A DNA stretch of 55,998 nt from Clostridiales bacterium (GTDB taxonomy: Bacteria > Bacillota > Clostridia > Peptostreptococcales > Natronincolaceae), in contig JAAYNB010000162.1 of assembly GCA_012521085.1 (NCBI GenBank), positions 1-55,998 on the forward strand. Direction: 5' to 3'. Of the stretch, positions 22,711 to 33,183 are shown piece by piece. Positions within the stretch are counted from its first letter, which is position 1, and each line of letters opens with the position of its first letter. Under the pieces are notes generated by a model. The model made no database searches. It was not told the DNA's origin and saw only the letters and a list, made by a program, of their open reading frames with translations. The position numbers were made by a program, and so were the translations under genes.

Positions 22711-23754
22711 ATGGAAAAAAAGAAAGCATTAGAAATGGCTATTAGCCAAATAGAAAAACAATTTGGTAAAGGTTCTATTATGAAATTAGGAGAGGAGAGT
22801 CAATTATCTATTGAATCTATATCCACAGGGTCAATAGGTTTGGATATAGCATTAGGAATTGGTGGTGTACCTAAAGGAAGGATTGTAGAAATCTTTGGTC
22901 CAGAATCTTCTGGTAAAACTACAATTGCTTTACATATTGTGGCTGAAGCACAAAAAAATGGCGGTACTGCAGCTTTTATAGATGCTGAACATGCATTGGA
23001 TCCCATCTATGCAAAAAATTTAGGTGTTGATACAGATAACTTAATTGTATCTCAACCTGATACAGGAGAGCAAGCTTTAGAAATTGCAGAAGCTTTAGTA
23101 AGAAGTGGAGCAATAGATGTTGTTGTAGTAGACTCTGTTGCAGCCTTAGCACCTAAAGCTGAAATTGAAGGAGAAATGGGTGATTCCCATGTGGGGCTAC
23201 AGGCAAGACTGATGTCCCAGGCTTTAAGAAAACTATCAGGAGCTATTAATAAATCTAATACTACAGCCATATTCATTAACCAATTAAGAGAAAAAGTAGG
23301 TATTATGTTTGGTAATCCTGAAGTTACACCCGGTGGTAGAGCATTAAAGTTCTATGCATCCATTCGTCTAGATATTCGTAAAATAGATGTTATTAAACAA
23401 GGAAATGATATAATGGGTAATAGGACAAGAGTGAGAGTTGTTAAAAATAAAGTTGCACCACCATTTAGACAAGCAGAATTTGATATAATGTATGGTATAG
23501 GAATATCGAAATCCGGTGATGTATTAGATGTGGCAAGTGATTTAGAAATTATTAAGAAAGCCGGAGCATGGTATAGCTATGGTGAACATAGATTAGGACA
23601 AGGTCGTGAAAATGCAAAACAATTTTTAGAAGATAATCCGGATATATATTTAGAAATAGAAAATCTTATCAGAAAACATTATAATCTACCAGAAGTTAGC
23701 TTAGCTAACCAAGATAGTATTGAAGATAATGATAAAAAAGATACTGAAAAATAA
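22711..23754 (+). CDS. recA: Recombinase A
   Basis: 347 aa with [16 protein letters not shown] and Walker [13 protein letters not shown] box in the promoter. Confidence 0.98.
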   Translation: MEKKKALEMAISQIEKQFGKGSIMKLGEESQLSIESISTGSIGLDIALGIGGVPKGRIVEIFGPESSGKTTIALHIVAEAQKNGGTAAFIDAEHALDPIYAKNLGVDTDNLIVSQPDTGEQALEIAEALVRSGAIDVVVVDSVAALAPKAEIEGEMGDSHVGLQARLMSQALRKLSGAINKSNTTAIFINQLREKVGIMFGNPEVTPGGRALKFYASIRLDIRKIDVIKQGNDIMGNRTRVRVVKNKVAPPFRQAEFDIMYGIGISKSGDVLDVASDLEIIKKAGAWYSYGEHRLGQGRENAKQFLEDNPDIYLEIENLIRKHYNLPEVSLANQDSIEDNDKKDTEK

Positions 23755-23769
23755 AAATCTTAATTTAAT

Positions 23770-23859
23770 AAAAAAGATTAGCTTTTATATAGATAATGAT
23801 GTTACCCCCTGAATCCGTGTCCGGATTTAGGGGGTAATATCATAATGCTAGTCTTTTTT
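23770..23859 (+). terminator. Compound hairpin terminating recA
   Basis: Inner stem ACCCCCTGAATCCG (23804-23817) pairs with CGGATTTAGGGGGT (23822-23835). Outer stem AAAAAAGATTAGC (23770-23782) pairs with GCTAGTCTTTTTT (23847-23859), ending in a T run. Confidence 0.55.
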
Positions 23860-24137
23860 AAATTGTAAATATTAATTATAAATAATACATATTTAATAGA
23901 AAAATTATATAACATAGTATATATGATCGATGATAAATATATTTTTGAAGAAAATTTTAAAATATAAAATTAAGTGATAAATCGTAATACAACGAAATTA
24001 ATTAGAGTATATGCTCATATTTTTAAATACTGATATAGACAAAAAATATAAGGAATTTCCATATTACTATTTGAATAAAACTGTAATATATGCTATATAC
24101 AGCATATTTATTAACATTATCCTAATATGAATCCAAC

Positions 24138-24166
24138 TTGACACTTAGTATAAAAAGATATAAAAT
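24138..24166 (+). promoter_or_regulatory. rny sigma-A-type promoter
   Basis: TTGACA (24138-24143), 17-nt spacer, TAAAAT (24161-24166), about 110 nt upstream of the rny SD. Confidence 0.6.
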
Positions 24167-24283
24167 TAAAGAAAATCATTATTTATTAAAAAATGGTTTT
24201 TAAACTTTTATTTATAAAGGTTTTATTCTAATTATTGAATGTGTATTTGCTGAAAAACTAAACAATGAAGGAGGTGTCCAAGT

Positions 24284-25825
24284 ATTAACGACATATTATT
24301 TATTCTAACAATTTTAATTGCTATAATAATAGGATGCCTTATCGGCTATTTTATTCGAAAAAACATTGCGGAGGGTAAAATTAACACTGCTGAGGAATTA
24401 TCTAGAAAAATAATTCAAGATGCAAAAAAAGATGCTGAAACAGCAAAAAAAGAGATTTTGTTGGAAGCAAAAGAAGAAGTTCACAAACTTCGTAATGAAT
24501 TTGATCGAGAAAGTAGAGAAAGGCGAAATGAATTACAGCGTGTAGAAAGAAGATTAATACAAAAAGAAGAAGCTTTAGAAAAAAAAGCGGAAATTTTAGA
24601 GCAAAAAGATGAAAAATTAAATAAAGAATTTAAAAAACTTGAAATACAAAATGAAAAAATTAATTTAATTTATGAAGAACAATTAAAAAAACTAGAAGAA
24701 TTATCTGAACTAACATCAGAAGAAGCGCGTGAACTTCTTTTAAATGATATTAGAGAAGAAATTAAACATGAATCTGTCATGATGATCAAGGATATTGAAA
24801 CAAAGGCTAAAGAAGAAGCAGAAAAAAATGCAAAAGAAATAATTGCATATGCTATACAAAAATGTGCAGCAGATCATGTTGCTGAAACTACTGTAAGTGT
24901 GGTGCAACTACCAAATGATGAAATGAAAGGTAGAATAATAGGTCGCGAAGGTAGAAACATTAGAACTTTAGAAACACTAACCGGAATTGACTTAATTATT
25001 GATGATACACCAGAAGCAGTAATATTATCAGGCTTTGATGCCATAAGACGTGAAACTGCTAGAATAGCATTAGAAAAATTAATATTAGATGGCAGAATTC
25101 ATCCAGCTAGAATTGAAGAAATGGTTGAAAAAGCTAAAAAAGAAATTAATAATATTATAAAAGAAGAAGGAGAACAAGCAACCTTTGAAACTGGAGTACA
25201 TGGTCTTCACCCAGAATTAATAAAATTATTGGGTAGGCTAAAATACAGAACTAGTTATGGCCAAAATGTATTAAAACATTCCATAGAAGTATCACATTTA
25301 GCTGGTATCATGGCTGCTGAATTAGACGCAGATGTAAAATTAGCTAAAAGAGCTGGTTTACTTCATGATATTGGAAAAGCTGTTGACCATGAAATAGAAG
25401 GAACTCATGTAGAGATAGGTATGGATTTATTAAGAAAATATAAAGAATCAAAAAGTGTCATACATGCTATGTCTACACATCATGGTGATTATGAACCTGA
25501 AATAATTGAAGCAGTTTTAGTAACTGCTGCAGACGCAATTTCTGCTGCAAGACCAGGCGCTAGACGCGAAACATTAGAAGCTTATATAAAACGTTTAGAA
25601 AAACTTGAAGAAATTGCTAATAACTATGATGGAGTTGAAAAATCATTCGCTATTCAAGCTGGAAGAGAAATAAGAATTATGGTTAAACCAGAATCTTATA
25701 ATGATGAAGATATAGTACTATTAGCTAGAGATATTACCAAATGCATAGAAAATGAATTAGAATATCCAGGACAAATTAAAGTGCACATTATTAGAGAAAC
25801 AAGAGCTATTGAATATGCTAAATAA
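24284..25825 (+). CDS. rny: Ribonuclease Y (membrane anchor + KH + HD); probable ATT start
   Basis: The track starts at TTG 24458. The same frame is open from 24269 and encodes (I)[31 protein letters not shown], the typical RNase Y anchor. ATT 24284 lies 9 nt after AAGGAGG. KH motif [12 protein letters not shown] and HD motif [12 protein letters not shown]. Confidence 0.85.
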   Translation: MNDILFILTILIAIIIGCLIGYFIRKNIAEGKINTAEELSRKIIQDAKKDAETAKKEILLEAKEEVHKLRNEFDRESRERRNELQRVERRLIQKEEALEKKAEILEQKDEKLNKEFKKLEIQNEKINLIYEEQLKKLEELSELTSEEARELLLNDIREEIKHESVMMIKDIETKAKEEAEKNAKEIIAYAIQKCAADHVAETTVSVVQLPNDEMKGRIIGREGRNIRTLETLTGIDLIIDDTPEAVILSGFDAIRRETARIALEKLILDGRIHPARIEEMVEKAKKEINNIIKEEGEQATFETGVHGLHPELIKLLGRLKYRTSYGQNVLKHSIEVSHLAGIMAAELDADVKLAKRAGLLHDIGKAVDHEIEGTHVEIGMDLLRKYKESKSVIHAMSTHHGDYEPEIIEAVLVTAADAISAARPGARRETLEAYIKRLEKLEEIANNYDGVEKSFAIQAGREIRIMVKPESYNDEDIVLLARDITKCIENELEYPGQIKVHIIRETRAIEYAK

Positions 25826-25848
25826 AAAACTGCTAATGCAGTTTTTTT
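25826..25848 (+). terminator. rny intrinsic terminator
   Basis: AAAACTGC pairs with GCAGTTTT, loop TAAT, T7 run. Confidence 0.8.
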
Positions 25849-25901
25849 ATTTAGATACTATTTCTTCAATGAAGTATTATCAAATAATTTTAAAAATATG
25901 C

Positions 25902-25926
25902 AGGTATTTTTTTAATTAAATAGAAT
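25902..25926 (+). promoter_or_regulatory. Candidate sigma-H-type promoter for spoVS
   Basis: AGGTATT (25902-25908), 14 nt, then GAAT (25923-25926, context ATAGAAT). Compare the remembered consensus AGGAWWW-N(11-12)-RNNGAAT. B. subtilis spoVS is sigma-H dependent. Confidence 0.4.
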
Positions 25927-25987
25927 AATATAATAGAACAAGCTAAAATTTCTTAAAACATATTATTTCAAAAGGGGGCTTTTTATA

Positions 25988-26248
25988 ATGGAAATTTTAA
26001 AAGTATCAGCAAAATCAAAACCAAATTCTGTTGCAGGAGCATTAGCAGGAGTTTTACGAGAACGTGGAACTGCTGAAATCCAAGCTATAGGAGCTGGTGC
26101 TCTAAACCAAGCAGTGAAAGCAGTAGCAATTGCACGTGGATTTGTAGCTCCTAGTGGAATTGATTTAATTTGTATCCCTGCATTTACTGATATTGAAATA
26201 GATGGTGAAGAAAGAACAGCTATTAAATTAATTGTAGAACCTAGATAA
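25988..26248 (+). CDS. spoVS: Stage V sporulation protein S
   Basis: 86 aa, MEILKVSAKSKPNSVAGALAGVLRERG... Confidence 0.93.
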   Translation: MEILKVSAKSKPNSVAGALAGVLRERGTAEIQAIGAGALNQAVKAVAIARGFVAPSGIDLICIPAFTDIEIDGEERTAIKLIVEPR

Positions 26249-26301
26249 TATAAACTATAAAAAAGTCTAATATTTATAATTAGACTTTTTTATAGTTTAT
26301 A
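26249..26301. terminator. 23-bp perfect inverted repeat after spoVS (bidirectional-type terminator)
   Basis: TATAAACTATAAAAAAGTCTAAT (26249-26271), loop ATTTATA, ATTAGACTTTTTTATAGTTTATA (26279-26301). Exact reverse complements. Confidence 0.75.
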
Positions 26302-26374
26302 AAAACTTAAATTTCTATTATAATATTTTAAATATTAACAAATCTTTTTTTAAAAAAAGGAGTAATAAATTTAA

Positions 26375-27202
26375 ATGAAATATATTGATATGCATACACA
26401 TACAAATATATCTGATGGCATATATAGTCCAAAGGAGTTAATTAAATACGCAATATCTAAAGGATTAAATGGTGTTGCAATAACCGATCATGATGCAATT
26501 GATGGTATAGATGAAGCAATAGAATATGCACATACTCAAAATGATTTTCTTGTTGTACCCGGTATAGAATTAAGCACTGAATTTCAAGAGACGGAGATTC
26601 ACATACTAGGTTATAATATTAATCATAAAGATGAAGTATTAAAAAACACATTATCCTTTCTTAAAAAACAAAGAATAAATAGGGCTTTTAAAATTGTTGA
26701 AAAGTTAAATAAATTGAATATAAATATAACCTATAATGAAATAAAAAACAAATCTCCCAATGGAGTTATAGGAAGGCCCCATGTATCAAGGTTGTTAATT
26801 GAAAAAGGGTACGTTCATGACATGAAAGAAGCTTTTGAAAAATATTTAGGTAATCAAGCTCCAGCATATGTTCCAAGATACAAAATCACACCCTCTGAAG
26901 CAATTGAATTAATAAAATCATCTGGAGGCTTTAGTGTTATTGCACATCCTAAATCCATCAATTCTGATTATTTATTATTAGATATATTAAAAAATGACGT
27001 AGATGGAATAGAAGTCTACCACCCAACACATAATTCAACTGATAGAGAAAAATATTTAAGTATTGCTAATAAATATAATTTAATTGTAACTGCTGGCTCA
27101 GATTTCCATGCGCCTCCATCGGATTCATCTAATCATGGGGATTTGGGGGATGAAAAATTATCTATAGAAAACATAAAAAGTATAATTAATAAGGGGGATT
27201 AA
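26375..27202 (+). CDS. PHP-domain metal-dependent phosphoesterase (TrpH/YciV-like)
   Basis: IDMHTHTNISDG and AITDHD motifs; 275 aa. Confidence 0.8.
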   Translation: MKYIDMHTHTNISDGIYSPKELIKYAISKGLNGVAITDHDAIDGIDEAIEYAHTQNDFLVVPGIELSTEFQETEIHILGYNINHKDEVLKNTLSFLKKQRINRAFKIVEKLNKLNINITYNEIKNKSPNGVIGRPHVSRLLIEKGYVHDMKEAFEKYLGNQAPAYVPRYKITPSEAIELIKSSGGFSVIAHPKSINSDYLLLDILKNDVDGIEVYHPTHNSTDREKYLSIANKYNLIVTAGSDFHAPPSDSSNHGDLGDEKLSIENIKSIINKGD

Positions 27203-27203
27203 T

Positions 27204-27575
27204 ATGACAAATAAGAACAAGAGAAATAGACAATTTCCCTCTAGAATAAGTACTACACAATTTGTAAAAATATATATATTATATTTATTATCACAAAAAA
27301 GTTATTATGGTAATGAGTTAATAGAGGAGATTAAAATTAGAATGGATAATAAATGGGAACCTAGTCCTGGAATGGTATATCCTTTATTAAGAGAATTGGA
27401 AAGTAATAATTATATTTATGGATGGTGGGAAGAACCTAATAAAAGATCTATCCGACATTATAAAATTACTGATGAAGGTTTAGAGCATTATAAAAATATT
27501 AAAGCAATTTATCGAAGTGCTTTTGAAGATTCCTTAATCATTATTAAAAATACCTTAAGAGATATATATAAATAA
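27204..27575 (+). CDS. PadR family transcriptional regulator
   Basis: Winged-helix core YGNELIEEI...SPGMVYPLLRELESNNYI...YKITDEG. Starts 1 nt after the PHP stop codon. Confidence 0.8.
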   Translation: MTNKNKRNRQFPSRISTTQFVKIYILYLLSQKSYYGNELIEEIKIRMDNKWEPSPGMVYPLLRELESNNYIYGWWEEPNKRSIRHYKITDEGLEHYKNIKAIYRSAFEDSLIIIKNTLRDIYK

Positions 27576-27659
27576 ATAATTAATGAAATTAAAGGTAATT
27601 ATGTGGTAATATAGTGTTAATATATATTAAATATCTTAAATAATTGTGAGGGATAAAAA

Positions 27660-28850
27660 ATGAATATTGAATTGTCTAGGAAAAATTTAAAAATTTCACC
27701 ATCTTTAACATTGAGTATTGATGCTAAGGCAAAACAGATGAAAAAAGAAGGTATAGATATAATTAGCTTTGGCGTAGGAGAACCAGATTTTGATACTCCA
27801 AAAAATATAAAAGATGCGGGAATTGAAGCCATAAAAAATAATCATACAAAGTATACACCTATTTCAGGATTAATAGAGTTGAAAGAAGCGATCTGTAATA
27901 AACTTTATAAAGAAAATGGCTTGAAATATGATGTGGAAAATATTATTATATCAAATGGAGCAAAACATTCAATATGGAACACTTGTCAAGCCATATGTAA
28001 CCCAGGTGATGAGGTGATTATTCCTACACCTTATTGGATTAGTTACCCTGAAATGGTAAAAATGGCAGATGCAATTCCTGTTTTTGTGCAATGTAGTGAA
28101 TCAAATGAATTTAAGCTAAAGATAGAAGATTTATTATCTGCTATTACAGATAAAACTAAAGCTATTATTTTAAATAGCCCTTCTAATCCAACAGGTTCAG
28201 TTTATACTAGAGAAGAATTAGAGGAAATAGCAAAAATCGCTGTAGAGAAAAATATTCTTATAATCTCTGATGAAATATATGAAAAATTAATTTATGATAA
28301 TAATAAACATATTAGTGTTGCAAGTTTAAATCCAGAAATTAAAGAAAGAACTATTCTTATAAATGGTATGTCTAAAGGATATGCAATGACAGGATGGAGA
28401 ATTGGATATACTGCATCAAATGCAGAAATTGCAAAGTTAATGCAAAACATACAAGGTCATGTCACCTCTAATCCCAATACTATTGCACAATATGCTAGTA
28501 TTGAAGCATTAAATGGTGACCAAAATACCATGGATGATATGTTGATATCTTTTAATGAAAGAAGAGAATATATGGTAAGCAAAATAAATAATATAAAAGA
28601 TTTATCTTGTATCATCCCTAAAGGTGCTTTTTATGTTATGATGAACATATCTAAATGGATAGGTAGAGAAATCCAGGGTATAAAAATTAATAATTCTATA
28701 GATTTTGCTGATGTTCTGTTAACATATGCTAATATTGCTACGGTACCAGGAGCTGCATTTGGTGCTGATAATTACATACGTTTATCTTATGCAACGTCAT
28801 TAGAAAGCATTAAGGAAGGACTAAATAGGATAGATAATCTTTTAAAATAA
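27660..28850 (+). CDS. Class I PLP aminotransferase (aspartate aminotransferase-like)
   Basis: LNSPSNPTG motif and PLP-lysine motif [13 protein letters not shown]. Paired with asnS. Confidence 0.85.
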   Translation: MNIELSRKNLKISPSLTLSIDAKAKQMKKEGIDIISFGVGEPDFDTPKNIKDAGIEAIKNNHTKYTPISGLIELKEAICNKLYKENGLKYDVENIIISNGAKHSIWNTCQAICNPGDEVIIPTPYWISYPEMVKMADAIPVFVQCSESNEFKLKIEDLLSAITDKTKAIILNSPSNPTGSVYTREELEEIAKIAVEKNILIISDEIYEKLIYDNNKHISVASLNPEIKERTILINGMSKGYAMTGWRIGYTASNAEIAKLMQNIQGHVTSNPNTIAQYASIEALNGDQNTMDDMLISFNERREYMVSKINNIKDLSCIIPKGAFYVMMNISKWIGREIQGIKINNSIDFADVLLTYANIATVPGAAFGADNYIRLSYATSLESIKEGLNRIDNLLK

Positions 28851-28872
28851 AAATTTTGGGAGGTGTAGTCAA

Positions 28873-30171
28873 ATGGAAATTTTGACAACAATAGAAGAAA
28901 TAAGTAAATATGATGGAAAAGAAGTTTTAATTAAAGGTTGGCTATATAATAAAAGATCTAGTGGGAAAATACATTTTTTACAAATAAGAGATGGTTCAGG
29001 TTTTATACAAGGTGTTGTTGCTAAAAGTGATGTTGGAGAAGAAATTTTTAATAAATGCAAACATTTAACACAAGAAAGTTCAATTGAAGTTATAGGTTTA
29101 GTACAAAAAGATGATAGAGCACCCAGTGGATATGAATTGTTAGTAAAAGACCTAGAAATTGTACATGTTGCAGAGGAAGGATATCCTATTTCATTAAAAG
29201 AACATGGAACAGATTTCTTAATGGATCATAGACATCTATGGATTCGTACACCTAGACAAAATGCAATTTTAAGAATTCGTGATGAAATTAATCTAGCTAT
29301 TAGAAATTTTCTTCATGAAAGGGGATTTGCTTTAGTAGAACCTCCAATTATAACAGCAACTTCATGTGAAGGTACTACAGAATTATTTGAAGTAGATTAT
29401 TTTGAGGATATTGCATATTTATCTCAAACTGGACAACTCTATGCAGAAGCTGCTGCAATGGCATTGGGTAAGGTATATAGTTTTGGACCTACATTTAGAG
29501 CGGAAAAATCTAACACAAGAAGACATCTTAATGAGTTCTGGATGGTAGAACCAGAGATGGCATATGTTGATCATGAAGGTAGCTTAGAAATACAAGAACA
29601 AATGGTAGAATATATTGTAAAAAAAGTATTGGAAAATAGGAGAGCTGAATTAAAAACACTGAATAGAGATGTTTCAAAACTTGAAAATATAAAAGCACCT
29701 TTCCCTAGAATAACATATACTGATGCAATAAAAATGTTACAGGAAGCAGAATTTGATATAGAATGGGGAGATGATTTTGGTTCACCACATGAAACATATA
29801 TTGCTAATCAATTTGATAAACCAGTATTTATAACTCATTTTCCTACTAAAATGAAAGCTTTTTATATGCTACCGGATCCTGATAATCCAGAGGTTGCTTT
29901 ATGTGCAGATTTAATAGCCCCTGAGGGATATGGTGAGATTATAGGTGGTTCAGAACGTATTCATGATTTAGATTTAATGTTACAAAGAATTAAAGAAGAG
30001 GGATTACCTGTAGAAATTTATGAATGGTATTTAGATTTAAGAAGATATGGTTCAGTACCTCATTCTGGGTTTGGATTGGGTTTTGAAAGAACTGTTGCAT
30101 GGATTTGTGGTGTTGAACACATTAGGCAGACTATTCCTTTTGCACGTACATTGAATCGTATCTATCCATAA
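28873..30171 (+). CDS. asnS: Asparagine--tRNA ligase
   Basis: 432 aa class IIb aaRS with OB anticodon domain; [21 protein letters not shown] and GFGLGFER. Confidence 0.95.
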   Translation: MEILTTIEEISKYDGKEVLIKGWLYNKRSSGKIHFLQIRDGSGFIQGVVAKSDVGEEIFNKCKHLTQESSIEVIGLVQKDDRAPSGYELLVKDLEIVHVAEEGYPISLKEHGTDFLMDHRHLWIRTPRQNAILRIRDEINLAIRNFLHERGFALVEPPIITATSCEGTTELFEVDYFEDIAYLSQTGQLYAEAAAMALGKVYSFGPTFRAEKSNTRRHLNEFWMVEPEMAYVDHEGSLEIQEQMVEYIVKKVLENRRAELKTLNRDVSKLENIKAPFPRITYTDAIKMLQEAEFDIEWGDDFGSPHETYIANQFDKPVFITHFPTKMKAFYMLPDPDNPEVALCADLIAPEGYGEIIGGSERIHDLDLMLQRIKEEGLPVEIYEWYLDLRRYGSVPHSGFGLGFERTVAWICGVEHIRQTIPFARTLNRIYP

Positions 30172-30191
30172 ATCATATAATATTTATATAT

Positions 30192-30231
30192 AAAAACTAA
30201 TTGCAACTTTTATAAGTTTCAATTAGTTTTT
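30192..30231 (+). terminator. asnS terminator
   Basis: AAAAACTAATTGCAAC pairs with GTTTCAATTAGTTTTT (one mismatch), 8-nt loop. Confidence 0.7.
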
Positions 30232-30262
30232 ACATTTAAACTTCTATTAGGAGGAGAAAAGT

Positions 30263-30967
30263 ATGAGATTGCAAAAATTTTTAGCGCAATCAGGCATTGC
30301 ATCTCGAAGAAAAAGTGAAGAATTAATAAAAAATGGTATAATAAAGGTAAACAACAAGATTATTAGTGAAATGGGTTATAAGATAGATCCAGAAAAAGAT
30401 AAAATATATGTTAATGATAAAGAAATAAAAATAAATAATAATAAAATATATATTATGCTAAATAAACCAGTAGGATATATTACTACTTTGTCTGATGAAT
30501 TTAATCGCAAAAAAGTAATAGACTTAATCAATATAAAAGAGCGAATTTTCCCCATAGGTAGATTAGATTATGACACATCAGGTTTACTTTTATTAACAAA
30601 TGATGGGGATTTAACTCATAAATTAACCCATCCAAGTTTTGAGATTATAAAAACATATATTGCCAAGGTTAAAGGGATATTAACAAAGGATGAAATTAAA
30701 AATTTTGAAAATGGATTAATGATAGAGGATTATATAACTTCTCCGGCTAAATTAGATGTTATTAGAACCAATACTGACAATAGTATTATTAAAATTAGCA
30801 TTAGAGAAGGTAAGAATAGGCAAGTTAGAAAAATGTGTGCTGCTATTGGACATCCAGTAATAGATCTAAAAAGAATTGCCATTGATAATATTACTTTAGG
30901 GAATTTACCTGAAGGTGAGTATCGTTATCTCTCTGATAGGGAGATTAATCATTTAAAAAATTTGTAA
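30263..30967 (+). CDS. rluB: RluB/RsuA-family rRNA pseudouridine synthase
   Basis: N-terminal S4 domain (MRLQKFLAQSGIASRR) and catalytic motif RLDYDTSGLLLLTNDG. Confidence 0.85.
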   Translation: MRLQKFLAQSGIASRRKSEELIKNGIIKVNNKIISEMGYKIDPEKDKIYVNDKEIKINNNKIYIMLNKPVGYITTLSDEFNRKKVIDLINIKERIFPIGRLDYDTSGLLLLTNDGDLTHKLTHPSFEIIKTYIAKVKGILTKDEIKNFENGLMIEDYITSPAKLDVIRTNTDNSIIKISIREGKNRQVRKMCAAIGHPVIDLKRIAIDNITLGNLPEGEYRYLSDREINHLKNL

Positions 30968-31052
30968 GGTTATTGATGTTAAATATAAAATAACAGTATC
31001 ATCTAATTTTAATGTTTTAAATATATTAAGTTTCCAGAATGGAGGCATAAAA

Positions 31053-31517
31053 ATGCTTATTATGAAAAAAGCATCTATTCAAGAAAAAGAGATTCTATCC
31101 TCTTTTTATAAAAACCATATTTTATTGAATAACATAGATTTCTTTAATGAAGAATTTAAATTTTTTATTGCATTAGAAGATAATTTTCCAAAGGGTTTCT
31201 CTCAAATAAAATTTATACATGATAAGCTGGCTGAAATATCATTAATATATATTGATGAAAAAGAAAGTATATATGATTTAGGTGATGGACTACTTAGGGC
31301 TACACTAAATTATATAAAAAGTAATAATTATAATTGGACTGTAATAAAAGGTTCTAAAGAACTTGAAAATTTTTTATATGAGGGAGGTTTAAAACCTTTA
31401 ATTAAATCCAAAATTCCAAATGAGATTTCAGATTATATAAGAGAATATAACCAAAATCAAGATTTCTTCTCTGATATCCAAACTTTTTTTAGTCAAGGAT
31501 GTAAACATAGCAAATAA
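31053..31517 (+). CDS. Hypothetical protein, possibly a degenerate GNAT-like fold
   Basis: 154 aa with good SD (GGAGG, 7 nt, ATG). Only weak resemblance to GNAT motif A (DLGDGLLRATLNYI). Ends 15 nt upstream of the YtqB-like methyltransferase. Confidence 0.4.
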   Translation: MLIMKKASIQEKEILSSFYKNHILLNNIDFFNEEFKFFIALEDNFPKGFSQIKFIHDKLAEISLIYIDEKESIYDLGDGLLRATLNYIKSNNYNWTVIKGSKELENFLYEGGLKPLIKSKIPNEISDYIREYNQNQDFFSDIQTFFSQGCKHSK

Positions 31518-31532
31518 ACAGGGGTGTAAAAA

Positions 31533-32114
31533 ATGTCATTTACGAAAACTTTAAAAGTAACCAATATTGTCCATGGAATATTAGGAACGAAAATAACTAG
31601 AAATAGTATTGCTATTGATGCAACAATGGGAAATGGTTATGACACTCTATTTCTTTTAAATCATATAGGGAGTAATGGTAAGGTATATGCTTTTGATATA
31701 CAGGAGGAATCATTAATAAACACCAAAAAAATATTGCAAAATAATCAAATTAATATTGAAGATAATATTCAATTAATATTAGATGGGCATGAAAATATAT
31801 ATAAATATGTAGAAGAAAAAGTAGATATTGTAATGTATAATTTAGGTTATTTACCTGGAGGTAATAAAAAAATAATCACCAAACCTTCAACTACTATTAA
31901 ATCTTTAGATATTGTTCTACCCTTATTAAAAGAAGGAGGTATCATTTCCATTGCCACATATTATGGCCATCCAGGTGGAAAAGATGAAAGAGATGCTATT
32001 ATAGAATATACAAAGAATTTAGATTGGAATACATATGCAGTATTAAAATGCGATTATCATAATTATGAAAGCATGCCAATAAGTCTTATATTTATAGAAA
32101 AAAAATTAATATAA
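31533..32114 (+). CDS. mnmM: Class I SAM-dependent methyltransferase, YtqB/MnmM family
   Basis: 193 aa with SAM motif IDATMGNGYDTLFL and VYAFDIQEES, typical of the YtqB 'putative rRNA methylase' family. Confidence 0.7.
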   Translation: MSFTKTLKVTNIVHGILGTKITRNSIAIDATMGNGYDTLFLLNHIGSNGKVYAFDIQEESLINTKKILQNNQINIEDNIQLILDGHENIYKYVEEKVDIVMYNLGYLPGGNKKIITKPSTTIKSLDIVLPLLKEGGIISIATYYGHPGGKDERDAIIEYTKNLDWNTYAVLKCDYHNYESMPISLIFIEKKLI

Positions 32115-32203
32115 TATATTTTATTGCCAATCATAAAATAATTTGATATCCTAATAGTAGGTATTACATATTTAATTAATAAATAATAAATAGGATGATA
32201 TAA

Positions 32204-33067
32204 ATGATAGAAGATAAAAAGGATCTAATAGAAGAAATTGAAAGAATCTATCCTAAGCTTAGTAAAGGACAAAAATTAATTGCCCAATATATAATTGATA
32301 ATTATGATAAAGCAGCATTTATGACAGCCTCTAAGTTATCTAAAATGGTAGGCGTAAGTGAGTCTACTGTTGTAAGATTTGCAAATACTTTAGGATTTGA
32401 CGGTTATCCACAACTACAAAAGGCTTTACAAGATATAATAAAAATAAAACTTACTACAGTCCAACGAGTAGAAATGGCACGTGATTATTCAAATGAAGAA
32501 ACCATATTAGAAAAAATTTTCACATCAGATATTGATAATATTAGAGCTACTCAAGAACAATTAGATAAAAAAACCTTTCAAAAAATAGTTGATCAGATTT
32601 TAATTGCTGATAAAATTTATATTGTGGGTTCTAGAAGTTCAACAGCTTTAGCATTATACTTGGGATTTTATTTAAATTTAATTTTAGATAATGTTACAGT
32701 ACTCGGTCAAAGTATTAGTGATATTTTTGAACAAATGTTAAGGATAAATGAAAAGGATTTAATAATTGGAATAAGTTTTCCAAGATACTCAAAACAAACT
32801 GTTAAAGTCTTAAAATATGCTAAAGAACAAAATACTACAATTGTTGCTTTAACTGATAGTAATATGTCACCTATTTATGATATTGCAACATATAGCTTAA
32901 CTGCAAAAAGCAATATGGCTTCTTTTGTAGATTCATTAGTAGCACCTTTAAGTCTTATTAATGCATTAATTATAGCTGTAGGTATGCGTGAAAAAGATGA
33001 AATTACTGATTACTTTAATAAATTAGAAACTATTTGGGATAGATATAATATTTATGATGGAGAATAA
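32204..33067 (+). CDS. RpiR/MurR family transcriptional regulator (HTH + SIS)
   Basis: N-terminal HTH_6 (ASKLSKMVGVSESTVVRFANTLGFDGY) and C-terminal SIS domain. Confidence 0.85.
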   Translation: MIEDKKDLIEEIERIYPKLSKGQKLIAQYIIDNYDKAAFMTASKLSKMVGVSESTVVRFANTLGFDGYPQLQKALQDIIKIKLTTVQRVEMARDYSNEETILEKIFTSDIDNIRATQEQLDKKTFQKIVDQILIADKIYIVGSRSSTALALYLGFYLNLILDNVTVLGQSISDIFEQMLRINEKDLIIGISFPRYSKQTVKVLKYAKEQNTTIVALTDSNMSPIYDIATYSLTAKSNMASFVDSLVAPLSLINALIIAVGMREKDEITDYFNKLETIWDRYNIYDGE

Positions 33068-33081
33068 ATATATTATTTTTT

Positions 33082-33117
33082 AAAAAGGTATTTTATGATA
33101 TATAAAATACCTTTTTT
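33082..33117 (+). terminator. Terminator after the rpiR-family gene
   Basis: AAAAAGGTATTTTA pairs with TAAAATACCTTTTT (14 bp), loop TGATATA, T run. Confidence 0.75.
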
Positions 33118-33154
33118 ATATTAGCATTTTATTTTTATTTGCTCTCAAGTTTAC

Positions 33155-33183
33155 TTGAGTAATTAATAGAATTAATGTATAAT
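33155..33183 (+). promoter_or_regulatory. cmk promoter (extended -10)
   Basis: TTGAGT (33155-33160), 17-nt spacer, TG-n-TATAAT (TG 33176-33177, TATAAT 33178-33183). Confidence 0.45.

Noticed and set aside
24011-24130. 39-codon ORF (MLIFLNTDIDKKYKEFPYYYLNKTVIYAIYSIFINIILI) in the recA-rny spacer, considered as a small membrane protein or type I toxin.
   Set aside because: It has no convincing SD (only TAGAG) and a Y/N/I/K composition expected from random AT-rich sequence. I saw no antisense promoter or terminator partner.
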